Assembly (NCBI GenBank): GCA_963675665.1
Contig: OY776510.1
Coordinates: 3,520,001 to 3,584,000 of the forward strand
Source of the DNA: Spirochaetia bacterium
GTDB taxonomy: Bacteria > Spirochaetota > Spirochaetia > UBA9216
Direction of reading: 5' to 3'
Length of the DNA: 64,000 nt
Shown here: one piece after another, positions 18,369 through 28,684 of the stretch
How the letters are laid out: every line of letters begins with the position of its first letter
How positions within the stretch are numbered: the stretch's first letter is position 1
Translations under genes and position numbers: made by a program
The notes under the pieces: model-generated
What the model saw: the letters and a program-made list of their open reading frames with translations, nothing else
Database searches by the model: none
What the model was told of the DNA's origin: nothing

Positions 18369-19388
18369 ATGAAAAGAACAAAAAATGACGATTCTGCAAA
18401 CATAATGCAATTACTCACTTCGGCCTGGATAACCCAACCTTTATATGTTGTAACAAAATTGGGAATCCCTGATATATTGGCTGAAGAATCGAAATCGCTT
18501 GAAGAGCTTGCCGACAAAACAAATTCATATGCTCCCTTTCTTTACAGAATTATGAGAGCTTTGTCATCAGCAGGCTTTTTTTATGAAAATGAAGATCATG
18601 TTTTTACAGTTAGTTCCATGGGAGAATTGCTGCAAAAAGATAAAATGCAGCCTGTTGTATTAATGTTTCTGTCAGAATGGCATAATAATGCCTGGAATAA
18701 ATTATTACAGAGTGTCCAAACAGGTAAAATCGCATTTGATATTGCATTTGGAAAAAATAGTTTTGAATGGCTGATGGAATATCGTGAGGAAGCGGATATT
18801 TTTAATAAGGCTAACCACATAAAGGCAGTATCAAGCCATACTGAAATAACAGAGGTTTATGATTTTTCCAAAATTAAAACGGTTGCTGATATTGGCGGCG
18901 GTTACGGAGGCCTGTTATTTCATATATTGAATATGAACTCTCATATCAGCGGTATTGTTGCCGATTTAACATATATACAGAAAACTGTACAAAATGAAAT
19001 ACTAAAGAATGAACTTGGTGATCGCTGTTCTTTTATGGAATGTGATTTTTTTGAAAAAGTTCCTGCCGGCAGTGACTGCTATATTCTATCCAATATTCTG
19101 CATGATTGGGATGATAATAGATGTCAGGCAATTATCAGCAATTGTTGTGATGCAATGCACTCAGAATCAAAATTGCTGATAGTTGAATCATTAATCCCGG
19201 CAGGAAATGAGTTTTCTATTGTTAAATTATTGGATCTTGAAGTTCTGGTTATGGGCGGTGGCAAGGAAAGAACAGAATTGGAATTCAGAGATTTATTAAA
19301 TAATACTGATCTAATTCTAAACAGAATAATTCCTACCAAAGAAAATATATCAATATTGGAATGTTCAAGGGATATATTTTCAATATAG
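18369..19388 (+). CDS. O-methyltransferase (Methyltransf_2 with dimerisation domain)
   Basis: ADIGGGYG, DFF, LSNILHDWDD, GGKERT. Confidence 0.92.
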   Translation: MKRTKNDDSANIMQLLTSAWITQPLYVVTKLGIPDILAEESKSLEELADKTNSYAPFLYRIMRALSSAGFFYENEDHVFTVSSMGELLQKDKMQPVVLMFLSEWHNNAWNKLLQSVQTGKIAFDIAFGKNSFEWLMEYREEADIFNKANHIKAVSSHTEITEVYDFSKIKTVADIGGGYGGLLFHILNMNSHISGIVADLTYIQKTVQNEILKNELGDRCSFMECDFFEKVPAGSDCYILSNILHDWDDNRCQAIISNCCDAMHSESKLLIVESLIPAGNEFSIVKLLDLEVLVMGGGKERTELEFRDLLNNTDLILNRIIPTKENISILECSRDIFSI

Positions 19389-19434
19389 GCAAAAAGATTT
19401 GATTGTTTTATTATTAAATTAAGGAGGCTGCGAC

Positions 19435-19821
19435 TTGTTAAACTATGATACTGTAGATGAATATTTGAGTTATCAACCTTTAAAGACTAAAGAGGCCCTG
19501 ATTAACCTGATAAAATGTATAATGGCTGCGGCCCCTGATGCAACCGAATTGATAAACTATAATATTCCTGCATTTGCTTTGATAAAGAATGGAAAAAGAG
19601 ATCAGCAGATTATGATTGCAGGATTTAAAAATCACGTCGGCTTCTATCCTAACCCAACTACAATCGATAAATTCCATGAAAAACTTAAAAACTATAAAAA
19701 AGGAAAAGGATCCATACAATTCCCCATAAACGAACCGATTCCCTGTGAACTGATTATTGAAATGGTAAAATACAGAAGAGAAAGTTTGATGGAAGTAGAA
19801 AAAAGGAGAGATGATACTTAA
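19435..19821 (+). CDS. DUF1801/YdhG-like protein
   Basis: TVDEYL...INYNIPAF...HVGFYP...GKGSIQFP. Confidence 0.85.
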   Translation: MLNYDTVDEYLSYQPLKTKEALINLIKCIMAAAPDATELINYNIPAFALIKNGKRDQQIMIAGFKNHVGFYPNPTTIDKFHEKLKNYKKGKGSIQFPINEPIPCELIIEMVKYRRESLMEVEKRRDDT

Positions 19822-20435
19822 TGAAAAAATCAAATTTTACAACAATAGGTTCAAGACCCAATGGTCTGACAGGGGCAATTGCAGGAAAGTTAATGAATAT
19901 TGTTCATTACGGTTTTTATAAAAATATTATTAATAAACATGTAATAACTGCAATTAAATCTACAAACCAGATAACAGTGCTTGATGTCGGTTGTGGAGGA
20001 GGGGTGTCGGTAAAAATTTTCGCAAATTCTCCCGTAATAAAGAAAATATACGGTATTGATTACTCGGATGATATGGTTGAACTTTCAAGAAAATTTAACA
20101 GTAAAGAGATAAGTGATAAAAAAGCTGAAGTTTTAATAGCTGACGTATCAGAATTGCCGTTTAATGAAAACCATTTCGACATTATAACTGCTTTTGACAC
20201 TATAAATTTCTGGCCGAATCATAAACAGGCTATTTCAGAAATATTACGCATTTTAAAGAAAGGCGGGTCTTTCTTTATTATAAATTCTTATCCGAAAGAG
20301 GGAACAAAATGGTACGATTTCGTTAAGTTCAAAGATGAATCTGAATATAAAGAATATCTTAATAATAATGGATTTAATGATGTCAAGGTAGCATTTGAAA
20401 AAAATACTATTATAATTAAGGGTAGAAAACCGTAA
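19821..20435 (+). CDS. Class I SAM methyltransferase
   Basis: LDVGCGGG, GIDYS, LPF, RILKKGG. Confidence 0.9.
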   Translation: MKKSNFTTIGSRPNGLTGAIAGKLMNIVHYGFYKNIINKHVITAIKSTNQITVLDVGCGGGVSVKIFANSPVIKKIYGIDYSDDMVELSRKFNSKEISDKKAEVLIADVSELPFNENHFDIITAFDTINFWPNHKQAISEILRILKKGGSFFIINSYPKEGTKWYDFVKFKDESEYKEYLNNNGFNDVKVAFEKNTIIIKGRKP

Positions 20436-20452
20436 AATAATTATGAAAAAAA

Positions 20453-21040
20453 TTGTCAGGAAGGATTATTTTGAATCATAATGATAAAAACAAGCTGACT
20501 CCGGATAAGATTGAGGCTCTTATTGTAACATTAAAAGAACGTTTTGAAAAAAACATGATCAGGCATAATAATATAGAATGGAATGATATACAGCAAAAAC
20601 TAAAAAATAATCCTGAAAAAATATTGTCACTCAATAAAATGGAATCTACAGGCGGTGAACCCGATGTTATTGGTTTTGATGAACAAACCAAAGAATACAT
20701 TTTTTGTGACTGTTCTGCCGAAAGTCCGAAAGACCGAAGAAATATCTGCTATGACCGCGAAGCTCTTGAATCCAGAAAAGAACACAAACCGCATAATAAT
20801 GCAATTGATTTGGCAACTGAAATGGGTATTGATCTTCTAACTGAAGAACAATACCGCGACCTGCAGAAATTGGGAAATTTCGACCTAAAAACATCAAGCT
20901 GGATAAAAACGCCCGACGCTATCAGAAAACTCGGCGGGGCCCTGTTTGCCGATCGAAGATATGATAATGTTTTTATATATCACAACAGCGCACCGTCATA
21001 CTATGGTGTCAGAGGATTCAGAGGAATATTAAAAGTCTGA
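20453..21040 (+). CDS. DUF4256-like protein
   Basis: MESTGGEPDV, DCSAESP, FDLKTSSW, RGFRG. Confidence 0.8.
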   Translation: MSGRIILNHNDKNKLTPDKIEALIVTLKERFEKNMIRHNNIEWNDIQQKLKNNPEKILSLNKMESTGGEPDVIGFDEQTKEYIFCDCSAESPKDRRNICYDREALESRKEHKPHNNAIDLATEMGIDLLTEEQYRDLQKLGNFDLKTSSWIKTPDAIRKLGGALFADRRYDNVFIYHNSAPSYYGVRGFRGILKV

Positions 21041-21076
21041 AATACTTCAGATACTTATATTTCACAAGGAGGTCAA

Positions 21077-21442
21077 ATGAATTTTTGCTGGGTCACAATT
21101 AACGTACAGGATATCGAAAAATCAACAGCTTTTTACAATGAAATTGTAGGGTTAACTGTAAAAAGGAAGATGAATCCCATGCCCGGGGTTGAAATAGCTT
21201 TTTTAGCATCAGAAGAAGATAAAACTGAAATCGAATTGATAATGAATAAAAAACAGGGTTCTACTTCGTTTGCCGGACTTTCCTTTGGATTTTATGTTAA
21301 GTCGTTGGATGAAACTATAAAAAGACTTAATATGAAGGGAGTGACTGAAATTGAAAGACCTTTTCAACCGATACCGGCAATGAAATTTATTTTCATTAAA
21401 GATCCTGACGGTGCAAAGGTACAGTTTATAGAAAAACTGTAA
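21077..21442 (+). CDS. VOC/lactoylglutathione lyase-like protein
   Basis: WVTINVQDIEKSTAFY...FIKDPDG. Confidence 0.88.
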   Translation: MNFCWVTINVQDIEKSTAFYNEIVGLTVKRKMNPMPGVEIAFLASEEDKTEIELIMNKKQGSTSFAGLSFGFYVKSLDETIKRLNMKGVTEIERPFQPIPAMKFIFIKDPDGAKVQFIEKL

Positions 21443-21466
21443 ATTCGGTATGAAACAGCCTGTTTA

Positions 21467-21862
21467 TTATTCAGTAAGAGCGTCGTAAATTGCATTCTGT
21501 ATAGCAAGGCTGCTGTAAGTAGCCCCTGTAATTGCATCAAGATCAATGCGCTGTTCATTAATGACAGCAGGAATAAGTTTCTCTGCATCAGCTCCCTGGC
21601 CGTTTCGGTGTTTGAGAATTCTGATATCTCTTATTTCATGATCTTTTACATCAACCTCAAGCACGACCTGAATAATTCCCGCATTTGTTTTTCCTTTATA
21701 AGTTCCGTTGTCAACCCGGCTCAATTCAACCGGTTTAATATCAACATCGGCAATAAATTTTTCGAGATTTCTGACCATCCCTGATATTATTATCCCGCCG
21801 ATTATTACGATTAAAATTATTACCGCTATTACAATAATTATAACTTTAATTGCCTTTTTCAT
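21467..21862 (-). CDS. Membrane-anchored FMN-binding domain protein
   Basis: NGTYKG...DAITGATYSS flavinylation motif. Confidence 0.85.
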   Translation of the reverse strand: MKKAIKVIIIVIAVIILIVIIGGIIISGMVRNLEKFIADVDIKPVELSRVDNGTYKGKTNAGIIQVVLEVDVKDHEIRDIRILKHRNGQGADAEKLIPAVINEQRIDLDAITGATYSSLAIQNAIYDALTE

Positions 21863-21950
21863 TGTTCTGTATCCTTTTCAAAGTCTTATATTACACTATA
21901 AATAAGGAAAATTGTCTTCTTTAGTGCTATATTTTTTTTGGAGGACGATC

Positions 21951-22433
21951 ATGAAATTAAAAATATTTATTTTAACCCTTTTTTTTATTGCGACAATCAT
22001 ATCTACTTCCTGTGTCGACGGTCAATATGATCCGGAAAAGCGATGGGAGCTGAATTGCCAGGAAATTGACGGTTGCGAGGAGAACGACAGTTTTGATGCA
22101 GCCTATGATGTCAGCTCAGATCTTGAATTGCTGTACCTGAATTTCTTTGATGATATTATTGATTACTATATTGTTTATTTCAGCAGCGATTCTACCTATC
22201 AGATACTGGCCGATGTGCCGTTTGATCATCTTTCCGACACTGTTGTAGCTGTTTACGCTGCAAATCATGATATTTTGAAACAATCCTCGGAACCGGATGA
22301 TGAACGTGATTCACTAATAACAGGTTTTTCTCCACCTCAAAGCGGTAATTACTATGTTGGAGTATTTAATACCTTCAGTTCAGGCACCGGTGAATTACGC
22401 GGATACAGCCTGCTTATAGAGGAAGAGGAGTAG
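21951..22433 (+). CDS. Putative lipoprotein (PPC-like beta domain)
   Basis: Signal peptide with STSC lipobox; ENDSF, DYY and SGNYYVGV motifs. Confidence 0.7.
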   Translation: MKLKIFILTLFFIATIISTSCVDGQYDPEKRWELNCQEIDGCEENDSFDAAYDVSSDLELLYLNFFDDIIDYYIVYFSSDSTYQILADVPFDHLSDTVVAVYAANHDILKQSSEPDDERDSLITGFSPPQSGNYYVGVFNTFSSGTGELRGYSLLIEEEE

Positions 22434-22605
22434 AGATTTAATCAGTTCCGTTAAATATCAGTATAGAAAAACAAATGGAAATACGTCATAATAGTATAAC
22501 TGAAATATTTCAAATACTTTATACCAAGCTATTTTTTCTTTCAGTCATGGAATAATCAAAAATATATTATTCCTGATATCTTTTTAATTTTCCAAGGGGA
22601 ACAGG

Positions 22606-22980
22606 ATGAATTATCATGACGATAGAATCAAAAAAGAGCTTGTAATGAAAGAAGAACAGCTGCTTGAAAATAAAATCAGGAACAATGCAGATAAACTTGC
22701 CGAACTGATTGATGATAATTGCATAGATTTTTCAGCAGCCGGCAAGCAGCATAAATATAAATCAGGTGATTTATTCGGGGAGATTAGCGGCGTATCTTAT
22801 ATTGACAGCAATTCAATAGAATTAGTTGATATTGCTGATAACTGTAAACTTCTTTTGTATATTGCGGCAAAAGTCAATAACAATACCAGAATAAAATCAA
22901 ACTGCAGTTCAATATGGAAACGAAAAGAAGAACAATGGAAAATAATCTTTCATCAGGAAACAATATCAACTGCGAAATAA
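22606..22980 (+). CDS. NTF2-like/DUF4440 protein
   Basis: SSIWKRKEEQWKIIFHQ.T C-terminal motif. Confidence 0.75.
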   Translation: MNYHDDRIKKELVMKEEQLLENKIRNNADKLAELIDDNCIDFSAAGKQHKYKSGDLFGEISGVSYIDSNSIELVDIADNCKLLLYIAAKVNNNTRIKSNCSSIWKRKEEQWKIIFHQETISTAK

Positions 22981-23059
22981 TTCCGTCGAATCTTTATTTC
23001 CGACGCTGCTTTAAACTGATTATTCAGACAAACAAGCAGTTTCATGCTAACATATCACC

Positions 23060-25378
23060 ATGCTCAGTGAACTGATTAAAACCATAAAAGATGATCCTGA
23101 TTTTAAACGGAATGTTACCCATTGGGAAACGCTACCTGCACGCGAAGGGGTTTATGCGGATTTTCCCTCTGATGTCCAGCCTGTTCTAAAGGTTATCTAC
23201 AACAACCGCGGAATCGGCAAACTTTACTCGCATCAACGCGAATGCTATGATCATATATCCGCCGGTAAACATACAGTGGTAGTTACTCCGACAGCTTCTG
23301 GAAAAACACTATGCTATAACCTGCCTGTACTTAATAATCTTCTGCAAAATAATGAGTCGCGCGCTTTATACCTGTTTCCTACTAAAGCTCTTTCACAGGA
23401 CCAGCAGGCTGAGCTTAACCAGGTAATTGAATCGGCAGATCTGCCTGTCAGAACTGTAACTTACGATGGCGATACTCCTGCATCAATCCGGGTATCTGCA
23501 AGAGATGGTGGAAGAATAATTATAACAAATCCGGATATGCTGCATACCGGCATACTGCCTAATCATCCTAAATGGATTAAGTTTCTCAGTAATATAAAAT
23601 ATATTGTCATTGATGAAGTTCATATTTACCGCGGGGTGTTCGGTTCCCATGTAACAAACGTTATCAGAAGACTTAAAAGGATATGCAGGTTTTACGGTTC
23701 CGATCCGCAGTTTATATGCTGTTCGGCAACAATAGGAAATCCCAAAGAGCTTGCTGAAAATATTATAGAAACTTCAGTTGAACTTGTGGATAACAACGGT
23801 GCCCCATCGGGTGAAAAACACTTTGTTTTGTATAACCCACCATTGGTAGATCCGGTTCAGGGAATAAGACGCGGCGTAGTTCTTGAATCACAGAACCTCG
23901 CGCTTAAATTTCTGCGAAACGGCATAAAAACCATTGTTTTCTGCCGCTCTAGAATACGAACAGAACTTATTTCTTCCTATATTAACAATCGCCTGTCAAA
24001 TATTTTTACCGACAACAGCAGGATAAGGGTTGAAGCGTACCGGGGCGGTTATCTTCCAGGCGAACGCAGAGAAATTGAACGCGGTATGCGTGACGGAAGC
24101 ATTCAGGGTATTGTTTCTACTAACGCCCTTGAACTGGGAATAGATATCGGCGGACTTGACGCATCGATTATGGCCGGTTTTCCGGGTAGCATTTCTTCTT
24201 CGTGGCAGCAGGCAGGCAGGGCTGGACGGAGAACAACAGAGTCCCTTTCCGTTTTAATTGCATCAGCTTCCCCTGTTGACCAATATGTTATTGAAAATCC
24301 GCAATATTTTTTCGAAAAAAACCCGGAATCAGCGCTTATTGATCCTGATAATATTTACATACTGCTTGACCATCTTAAATGCGCTGTTTTTGAATTGCCT
24401 TTTGAACTTGATGAATTTTTCGGAAAACAATCGAAAGAAATGCTTATGTACCTTGAGGAAGAAGGTGTTGTCAGGCTTACAGGCGATAAATACTACTGGT
24501 CCGACAGAGGCTATCCTGCCGAGAGTATCTCTCTTCGAAGCGCAACCAGTGAAAACGTTGTCATTATAGATGAAACAGGCGGAAAGAATACGGTTATCGG
24601 CGAGATGGATCGACCTTCAGCAAAAGAAATGCTTTTCGATCAGGCTGTTTATATCCATCGCGGCGAACAATATAATGTTCGCAAACTTGATATTGAAAAC
24701 AAAAAGTGTTACGTAACCCAGTCTAAACTGAATTATTATACCGATGCCGTGGTAAAAACAGATATCAAGGTTCTTGAAATAGACAAGAGAACCGTTGTTT
24801 CCGGTTGCGAAATAGCTGAGGGAGATGTCCTGGTCAGAAAACATGCTGCAAAATTTAAAAAAATTAAATATATGAGTCATGAAAACGTAGGCTTCGGAGA
24901 GATATATCTCCCTGAAGAAGAGATGCACACAAGAAGCGCAGTTTTTATTTTTTCGGCTGGAAGCTCTGCCGCTTCCGCATTTGAAAAAATTCCTGAAGAA
25001 CTTAAAGAGCATGTGATAGGACGTATCGGCAGTCTTATTAAAAATGTCTCTCCGGTATTCCTGCTTTGTGATCCCCATGATATCGGCGTTGCAGAGCGCC
25101 TTCGTGATCCTCATTTCAGCGTACCCAGTATATATATCTATGACAATTACCCCGGCGGCACCGGTTTGTCTGAAGGAATAACATCAAGGTCTTCAGAAAT
25201 ATTGAACGCTGCATTTGAGAGAATTATCAGTTGTCAATGTGAATCGGGATGTCCGTCATGCATCGGACCCGATGACGAAAAATCCGTCACGAACAACAAG
25301 AAAGATCAGATTATATTTTTCTTTCGGGAATGGATTGGCTCCCTGAATGACACTGTAAACAAGACCGGAGCATTTTAA
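23060..25378 (+). CDS. mrfA: DEAD/DEAH helicase with DUF1998 (MrfA/SftH/Hrq1 type)
   Basis: PTASGKT, DEVH, QQAGRAGRR, CQCESGCPSC metal cluster. Confidence 0.88.
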   Translation: MLSELIKTIKDDPDFKRNVTHWETLPAREGVYADFPSDVQPVLKVIYNNRGIGKLYSHQRECYDHISAGKHTVVVTPTASGKTLCYNLPVLNNLLQNNESRALYLFPTKALSQDQQAELNQVIESADLPVRTVTYDGDTPASIRVSARDGGRIIITNPDMLHTGILPNHPKWIKFLSNIKYIVIDEVHIYRGVFGSHVTNVIRRLKRICRFYGSDPQFICCSATIGNPKELAENIIETSVELVDNNGAPSGEKHFVLYNPPLVDPVQGIRRGVVLESQNLALKFLRNGIKTIVFCRSRIRTELISSYINNRLSNIFTDNSRIRVEAYRGGYLPGERREIERGMRDGSIQGIVSTNALELGIDIGGLDASIMAGFPGSISSSWQQAGRAGRRTTESLSVLIASASPVDQYVIENPQYFFEKNPESALIDPDNIYILLDHLKCAVFELPFELDEFFGKQSKEMLMYLEEEGVVRLTGDKYYWSDRGYPAESISLRSATSENVVIIDETGGKNTVIGEMDRPSAKEMLFDQAVYIHRGEQYNVRKLDIENKKCYVTQSKLNYYTDAVVKTDIKVLEIDKRTVVSGCEIAEGDVLVRKHAAKFKKIKYMSHENVGFGEIYLPEEEMHTRSAVFIFSAGSSAASAFEKIPEELKEHVIGRIGSLIKNVSPVFLLCDPHDIGVAERLRDPHFSVPSIYIYDNYPGGTGLSEGITSRSSEILNAAFERIISCQCESGCPSCIGPDDEKSVTNNKKDQIIFFFREWIGSLNDTVNKTGAF

Positions 25379-25397
25379 TTTCGGAGCTTATGCAAAA

Positions 25398-26549
25398 ATG
25401 GAACCTGGGGATCTTCGAAGCAGAATAGACTCTCTGAAAAAAAATAATATTACTGAACAGAAGAAATCAGTAAACGTCGGTAATGTTCTTGTTGAAAACG
25501 GATGGAATCGTATTGCAGATATGGTATACGAAAAGGTTAGTGTGAAGAAAAATATACTACCTGATGTAATTTCTGAAGTTCTGCTTGATAAAAATACTGC
25601 CTCCGGAACCTCACACCCAACTTCACGGTTTGTTTTTTACGATACCGAAACTACAGGATTATCAGCGGGAGCCGGAAATATTGTTTTTCTTGCAGGTTTC
25701 GGCGAGAAACTTCCAGGTTCGGATTATTTCCAGATAACCCAGCTTTTTCTTTCAGATTTTCCTGGCGAACCTTCTTTTCTGGAAAGAGTAAAAGATTTTC
25801 TAAAACACGATCATATTTATGTATCTTACAACGGAAAATCATTTGATTCTAATGTACTTAGAACAAGATTTACCATGAACCGCATTAAAGCTGATTCAGG
25901 TTTTCAGCTTGATTTGCTGTATCCCTGCCGGCGACTATGGAAAAATATTATAGGAAGTTGCTCACTTCGCGATATTGAACGCAAAGTACTGGACAAACAT
26001 AGAGAACTTGATGTACCGGGTTATATGGTACCAGATCTGTATTTTGAATTTATCCGTAACGGTCGCTGGAAAACAGTTGAAGCGGTCATGGCACACCATC
26101 TTGAAGATATAAATAGCCTTGCCGAACTGCTTACAGTTCAGGAACAGCTTTTTTCAGAAGCAGGTCAGCCCTCGGATTTTTATGATCCACTGGGGCTGTC
26201 CTCAATTCTAATGGAAAAAAAACCTGAAAGCGCGGCGGAGGTATTAAAGACTGCTTTTAAAAGCGGAAACAGCAGGGCCGGAATTGAATTGGGGTTTTAT
26301 TATAAACGTAACAATCAGCTTAAAGACGCGGAAAATATCTGGATAAGTTTATGGGAACAGGGACAAAGTATTTCAGCCGGAATTGAGCTAGCCAAATATT
26401 ATGAACACCATCTGCATAATTTTGATGCAGCATCAAAAATAACACTTGAAATGCTGAACCTGGAAAGATTCAAGGTAATTCCTTATAAAGATAATCTTGA
26501 AAAGAGGAAGAAACGGCTTGAAATAAAAATAAAGCAGAACAGGGTATAA
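25398..26549 (+). CDS. mrfB: RNase H-like 3'-5' exonuclease with TPR (MrfB/YprB type)
   Basis: FYDTETTGL, YNGKSFD, HHLED, ELAKYYEH; adjacent to mrfA. Confidence 0.85.
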   Translation: MEPGDLRSRIDSLKKNNITEQKKSVNVGNVLVENGWNRIADMVYEKVSVKKNILPDVISEVLLDKNTASGTSHPTSRFVFYDTETTGLSAGAGNIVFLAGFGEKLPGSDYFQITQLFLSDFPGEPSFLERVKDFLKHDHIYVSYNGKSFDSNVLRTRFTMNRIKADSGFQLDLLYPCRRLWKNIIGSCSLRDIERKVLDKHRELDVPGYMVPDLYFEFIRNGRWKTVEAVMAHHLEDINSLAELLTVQEQLFSEAGQPSDFYDPLGLSSILMEKKPESAAEVLKTAFKSGNSRAGIELGFYYKRNNQLKDAENIWISLWEQGQSISAGIELAKYYEHHLHNFDAASKITLEMLNLERFKVIPYKDNLEKRKKRLEIKIKQNRV

Positions 26550-26551
26550 AA

Positions 26552-27280
26552 ATGATTGAATTAAAAAAAATTCAGCTTACATTAGGCGGTAAAAAAGTAT
26601 TAGCTGATATCAATGCAAAAGCGTCAGCAGGTGAACTCACTTTATTATCAGGCGATAACGGAACCGGCAAAACTTCATTATTTAACCTGATTGCAGGCAT
26701 ACTGAAGCCTGATTCCGGTGAATTATATTATAAATCAGAATTCCTTGACTGTGAAACAGCTGCTTTCAGCAACCTCCTGAGTTTTATACAGGACGACGGA
26801 GGCACGATTCCTCTTCTTACGGTTGAAGAACAACTGCAACTTCAGTGTTATTTAAATAATCTGAATAAGATTGAAACTGTCGCAAGAGTAAATGAAATTA
26901 TAATGAATCTCGACCTTGAAAGTCATCGAAATTACAGGGCGGAAGAATTATCTGCAGGAGTGCGAAAAAAACTGGGCATTGCTATTGGTATGATCTGTAA
27001 TTCGGAAATTTTCCTGTTGGATGAGCCTTTTGCCTCGCTTGATATTAAAGCATCATTAAAATTACTGAATATCCTTAAAATACTTAAAAAAAGGGGACGT
27101 ATTGTAATAGTTACCACTCATTCGCCCGATATTCTGTCGAAAATAATTGATCGCATCTGGCTTCTTTCCGATGGAATAATTCAGGAAGAAACCGACCGTG
27201 ATAAAATCAAAAATATTCTCAGTATTAAACCTGATAATCAGGAGCATAATTCGGATAAACAATTATCATGGATAAAATGA
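26552..27280 (+). CDS. ABC transporter ATP-binding protein
   Basis: GDNGTGKT, LSAG, LLDEP, TTH. Confidence 0.9.
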   Translation: MIELKKIQLTLGGKKVLADINAKASAGELTLLSGDNGTGKTSLFNLIAGILKPDSGELYYKSEFLDCETAAFSNLLSFIQDDGGTIPLLTVEEQLQLQCYLNNLNKIETVARVNEIIMNLDLESHRNYRAEELSAGVRKKLGIAIGMICNSEIFLLDEPFASLDIKASLKLLNILKILKKRGRIVIVTTHSPDILSKIIDRIWLLSDGIIQEETDRDKIKNILSIKPDNQEHNSDKQLSWIK

Positions 27281-28338
27281 AAGAAATATCAAAACTGCTC
27301 TATACAAGAAGCCTGCATAGAATGTTCGGAAATCCGACTGTAGGAACCCTTACCGGTTTTCTGACAATGATTTATATTATCAGGGCTTCTGTAAACCTGT
27401 ATTTTGTGAATCTGATTTCCGGCGGTGACGCCTGTATGGAATCCGGTCAGATAGCTGCCGGATGGTTTCTTTATTTAGGCACATATTTTATTATCTGCAG
27501 CAGTCTTTCAGCCTTTCATATCAGTTTTGCTCTTCCAAAACGATGCTTTATCTGTTTAACACCAGAAGGAAAACGATTCAGATCCGGTTTTTTAAAACAT
27601 GCAGCCTTTATACGCCCTATGAATCTGGTTGTTGCTGTTTTGGCCGTAGCAGGATTATTTATATTCTGCGGGTTGAAACCAGGGTTTAAAATAATTTTAA
27701 CCGGTATACTTATTCTTACAGTATCTGTGGTCATATCATTTTTTATTTTCAGATTAACTGAAATTATGGATATCGGCATGATGGAAGTACAGTTTATTGA
27801 AGCAGTAATGCTGTCTTTACTGGTACTGATTAACCCTGATGTAATAAATTCAGGCGGAATTGTTAGATTCCTGATCTTTGGAAAATTTATTCCGTTTAAT
27901 TCGGCGGCTATAATAATTTTAAGTTTTATTTTTGTTACTTTTATAACAATCACTCTACTGATACTTACAAAAATTATCAGCATTTTAAATGCAAAATTCC
28001 ATGATTTAAAATTACATACCGGTCCGCTTGAAAGCTGGCATCTTCATTTCTTTAAAATTACGTACTGGCTTGTTCTTTACCTGTTTATTTTCTCTGTACT
28101 GCTTTCCGATTTTGTTTCAGCCTCTGTCAAACAAAAAATTACTGCGGGGTTTTTAATTTTTAACCTGATTTCATATATTGTCTTTATTATTCATTGTGAA
28201 AACGTTATTAGAACAAAATTCAGAAAAAAACTGCTCACAGGAGAACATATACTTCTTACTGCAAGCACGTTTTTATCACATATTTTAATGACATTTATAC
28301 CGGTTTTAACCGTATCTATTATAAAAACTTTCAGTTGA
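27277..28338 (+). CDS. Polytopic membrane protein (probable ABC permease)
   Basis: About 9 hydrophobic segments; ATGA overlap with the ABC ATPase. Confidence 0.75.
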   Translation: MKEISKLLYTRSLHRMFGNPTVGTLTGFLTMIYIIRASVNLYFVNLISGGDACMESGQIAAGWFLYLGTYFIICSSLSAFHISFALPKRCFICLTPEGKRFRSGFLKHAAFIRPMNLVVAVLAVAGLFIFCGLKPGFKIILTGILILTVSVVISFFIFRLTEIMDIGMMEVQFIEAVMLSLLVLINPDVINSGGIVRFLIFGKFIPFNSAAIIILSFIFVTFITITLLILTKIISILNAKFHDLKLHTGPLESWHLHFFKITYWLVLYLFIFSVLLSDFVSASVKQKITAGFLIFNLISYIVFIIHCENVIRTKFRKKLLTGEHILLTASTFLSHILMTFIPVLTVSIIKTFS

Positions 28339-28355
28339 TACAGACTCTTCCGGTT

Positions 28356-28550
28356 TTATTCTCCAAGTTTGTCTATATCTATTTTTTTAACATCTATTAC
28401 TGTTTTATCTGCCTGGTTTTCTTCTTTCTGCTCGACCGAACAGGTGCTTTTCGGACTCATTCAAGTATGAACCCCGAACTTTGGAAGAACCCATCTTTGC
28501 AGAACAACCCATCCCGCAATAAACAAAATCATCAATACTGTGTCATTCAT
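28356..28550 (-). CDS. Candidate small membrane selenoprotein (64 aa, UGA at codon 30)
   Basis: GAGG SD; MNDTVLMILFIAGWVVLQRWVLPKFGVHT-(UGA)-MSPKSTCSVEQKEENQADKTVIDVKKIDIDKLGE*; SECIS-like hairpin 3' of the UGA. Confidence 0.6.
28428..28443 (-). promoter_or_regulatory. Putative bacterial SECIS hairpin
   Basis: CUGUUC-GGUC-GAGCAG; loop starts 23 nt after the UGA and shares the GGUC core of the E. coli fdhF SECIS loop. Confidence 0.5.
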
Positions 28551-28684
28551 GGTGTTACCTCTATATTAGATTAGCTTTATATTGCATTTTGGTCAATATA
28601 TCTGATTATTTTACTCAAATGTATTTCACTTATAATTTTATAGGTATTATCTTATATACAGACATTAAAAAATAAGGAGTTAAT

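Noticed and set aside
23060-26549. DUF1998 helicase plus nuclease as a DISARM/Druantia defence system
   Set aside because: The pairing with a YprB-type exonuclease matches the MrfAB DNA-repair pair; no methylase or drm genes are adjacent
28335-28574. 79-aa + strand ORF from the track
   Set aside because: No SD or motif; the opposite strand has a better-supported ORF with SD, TM segment and SECIS-like hairpin
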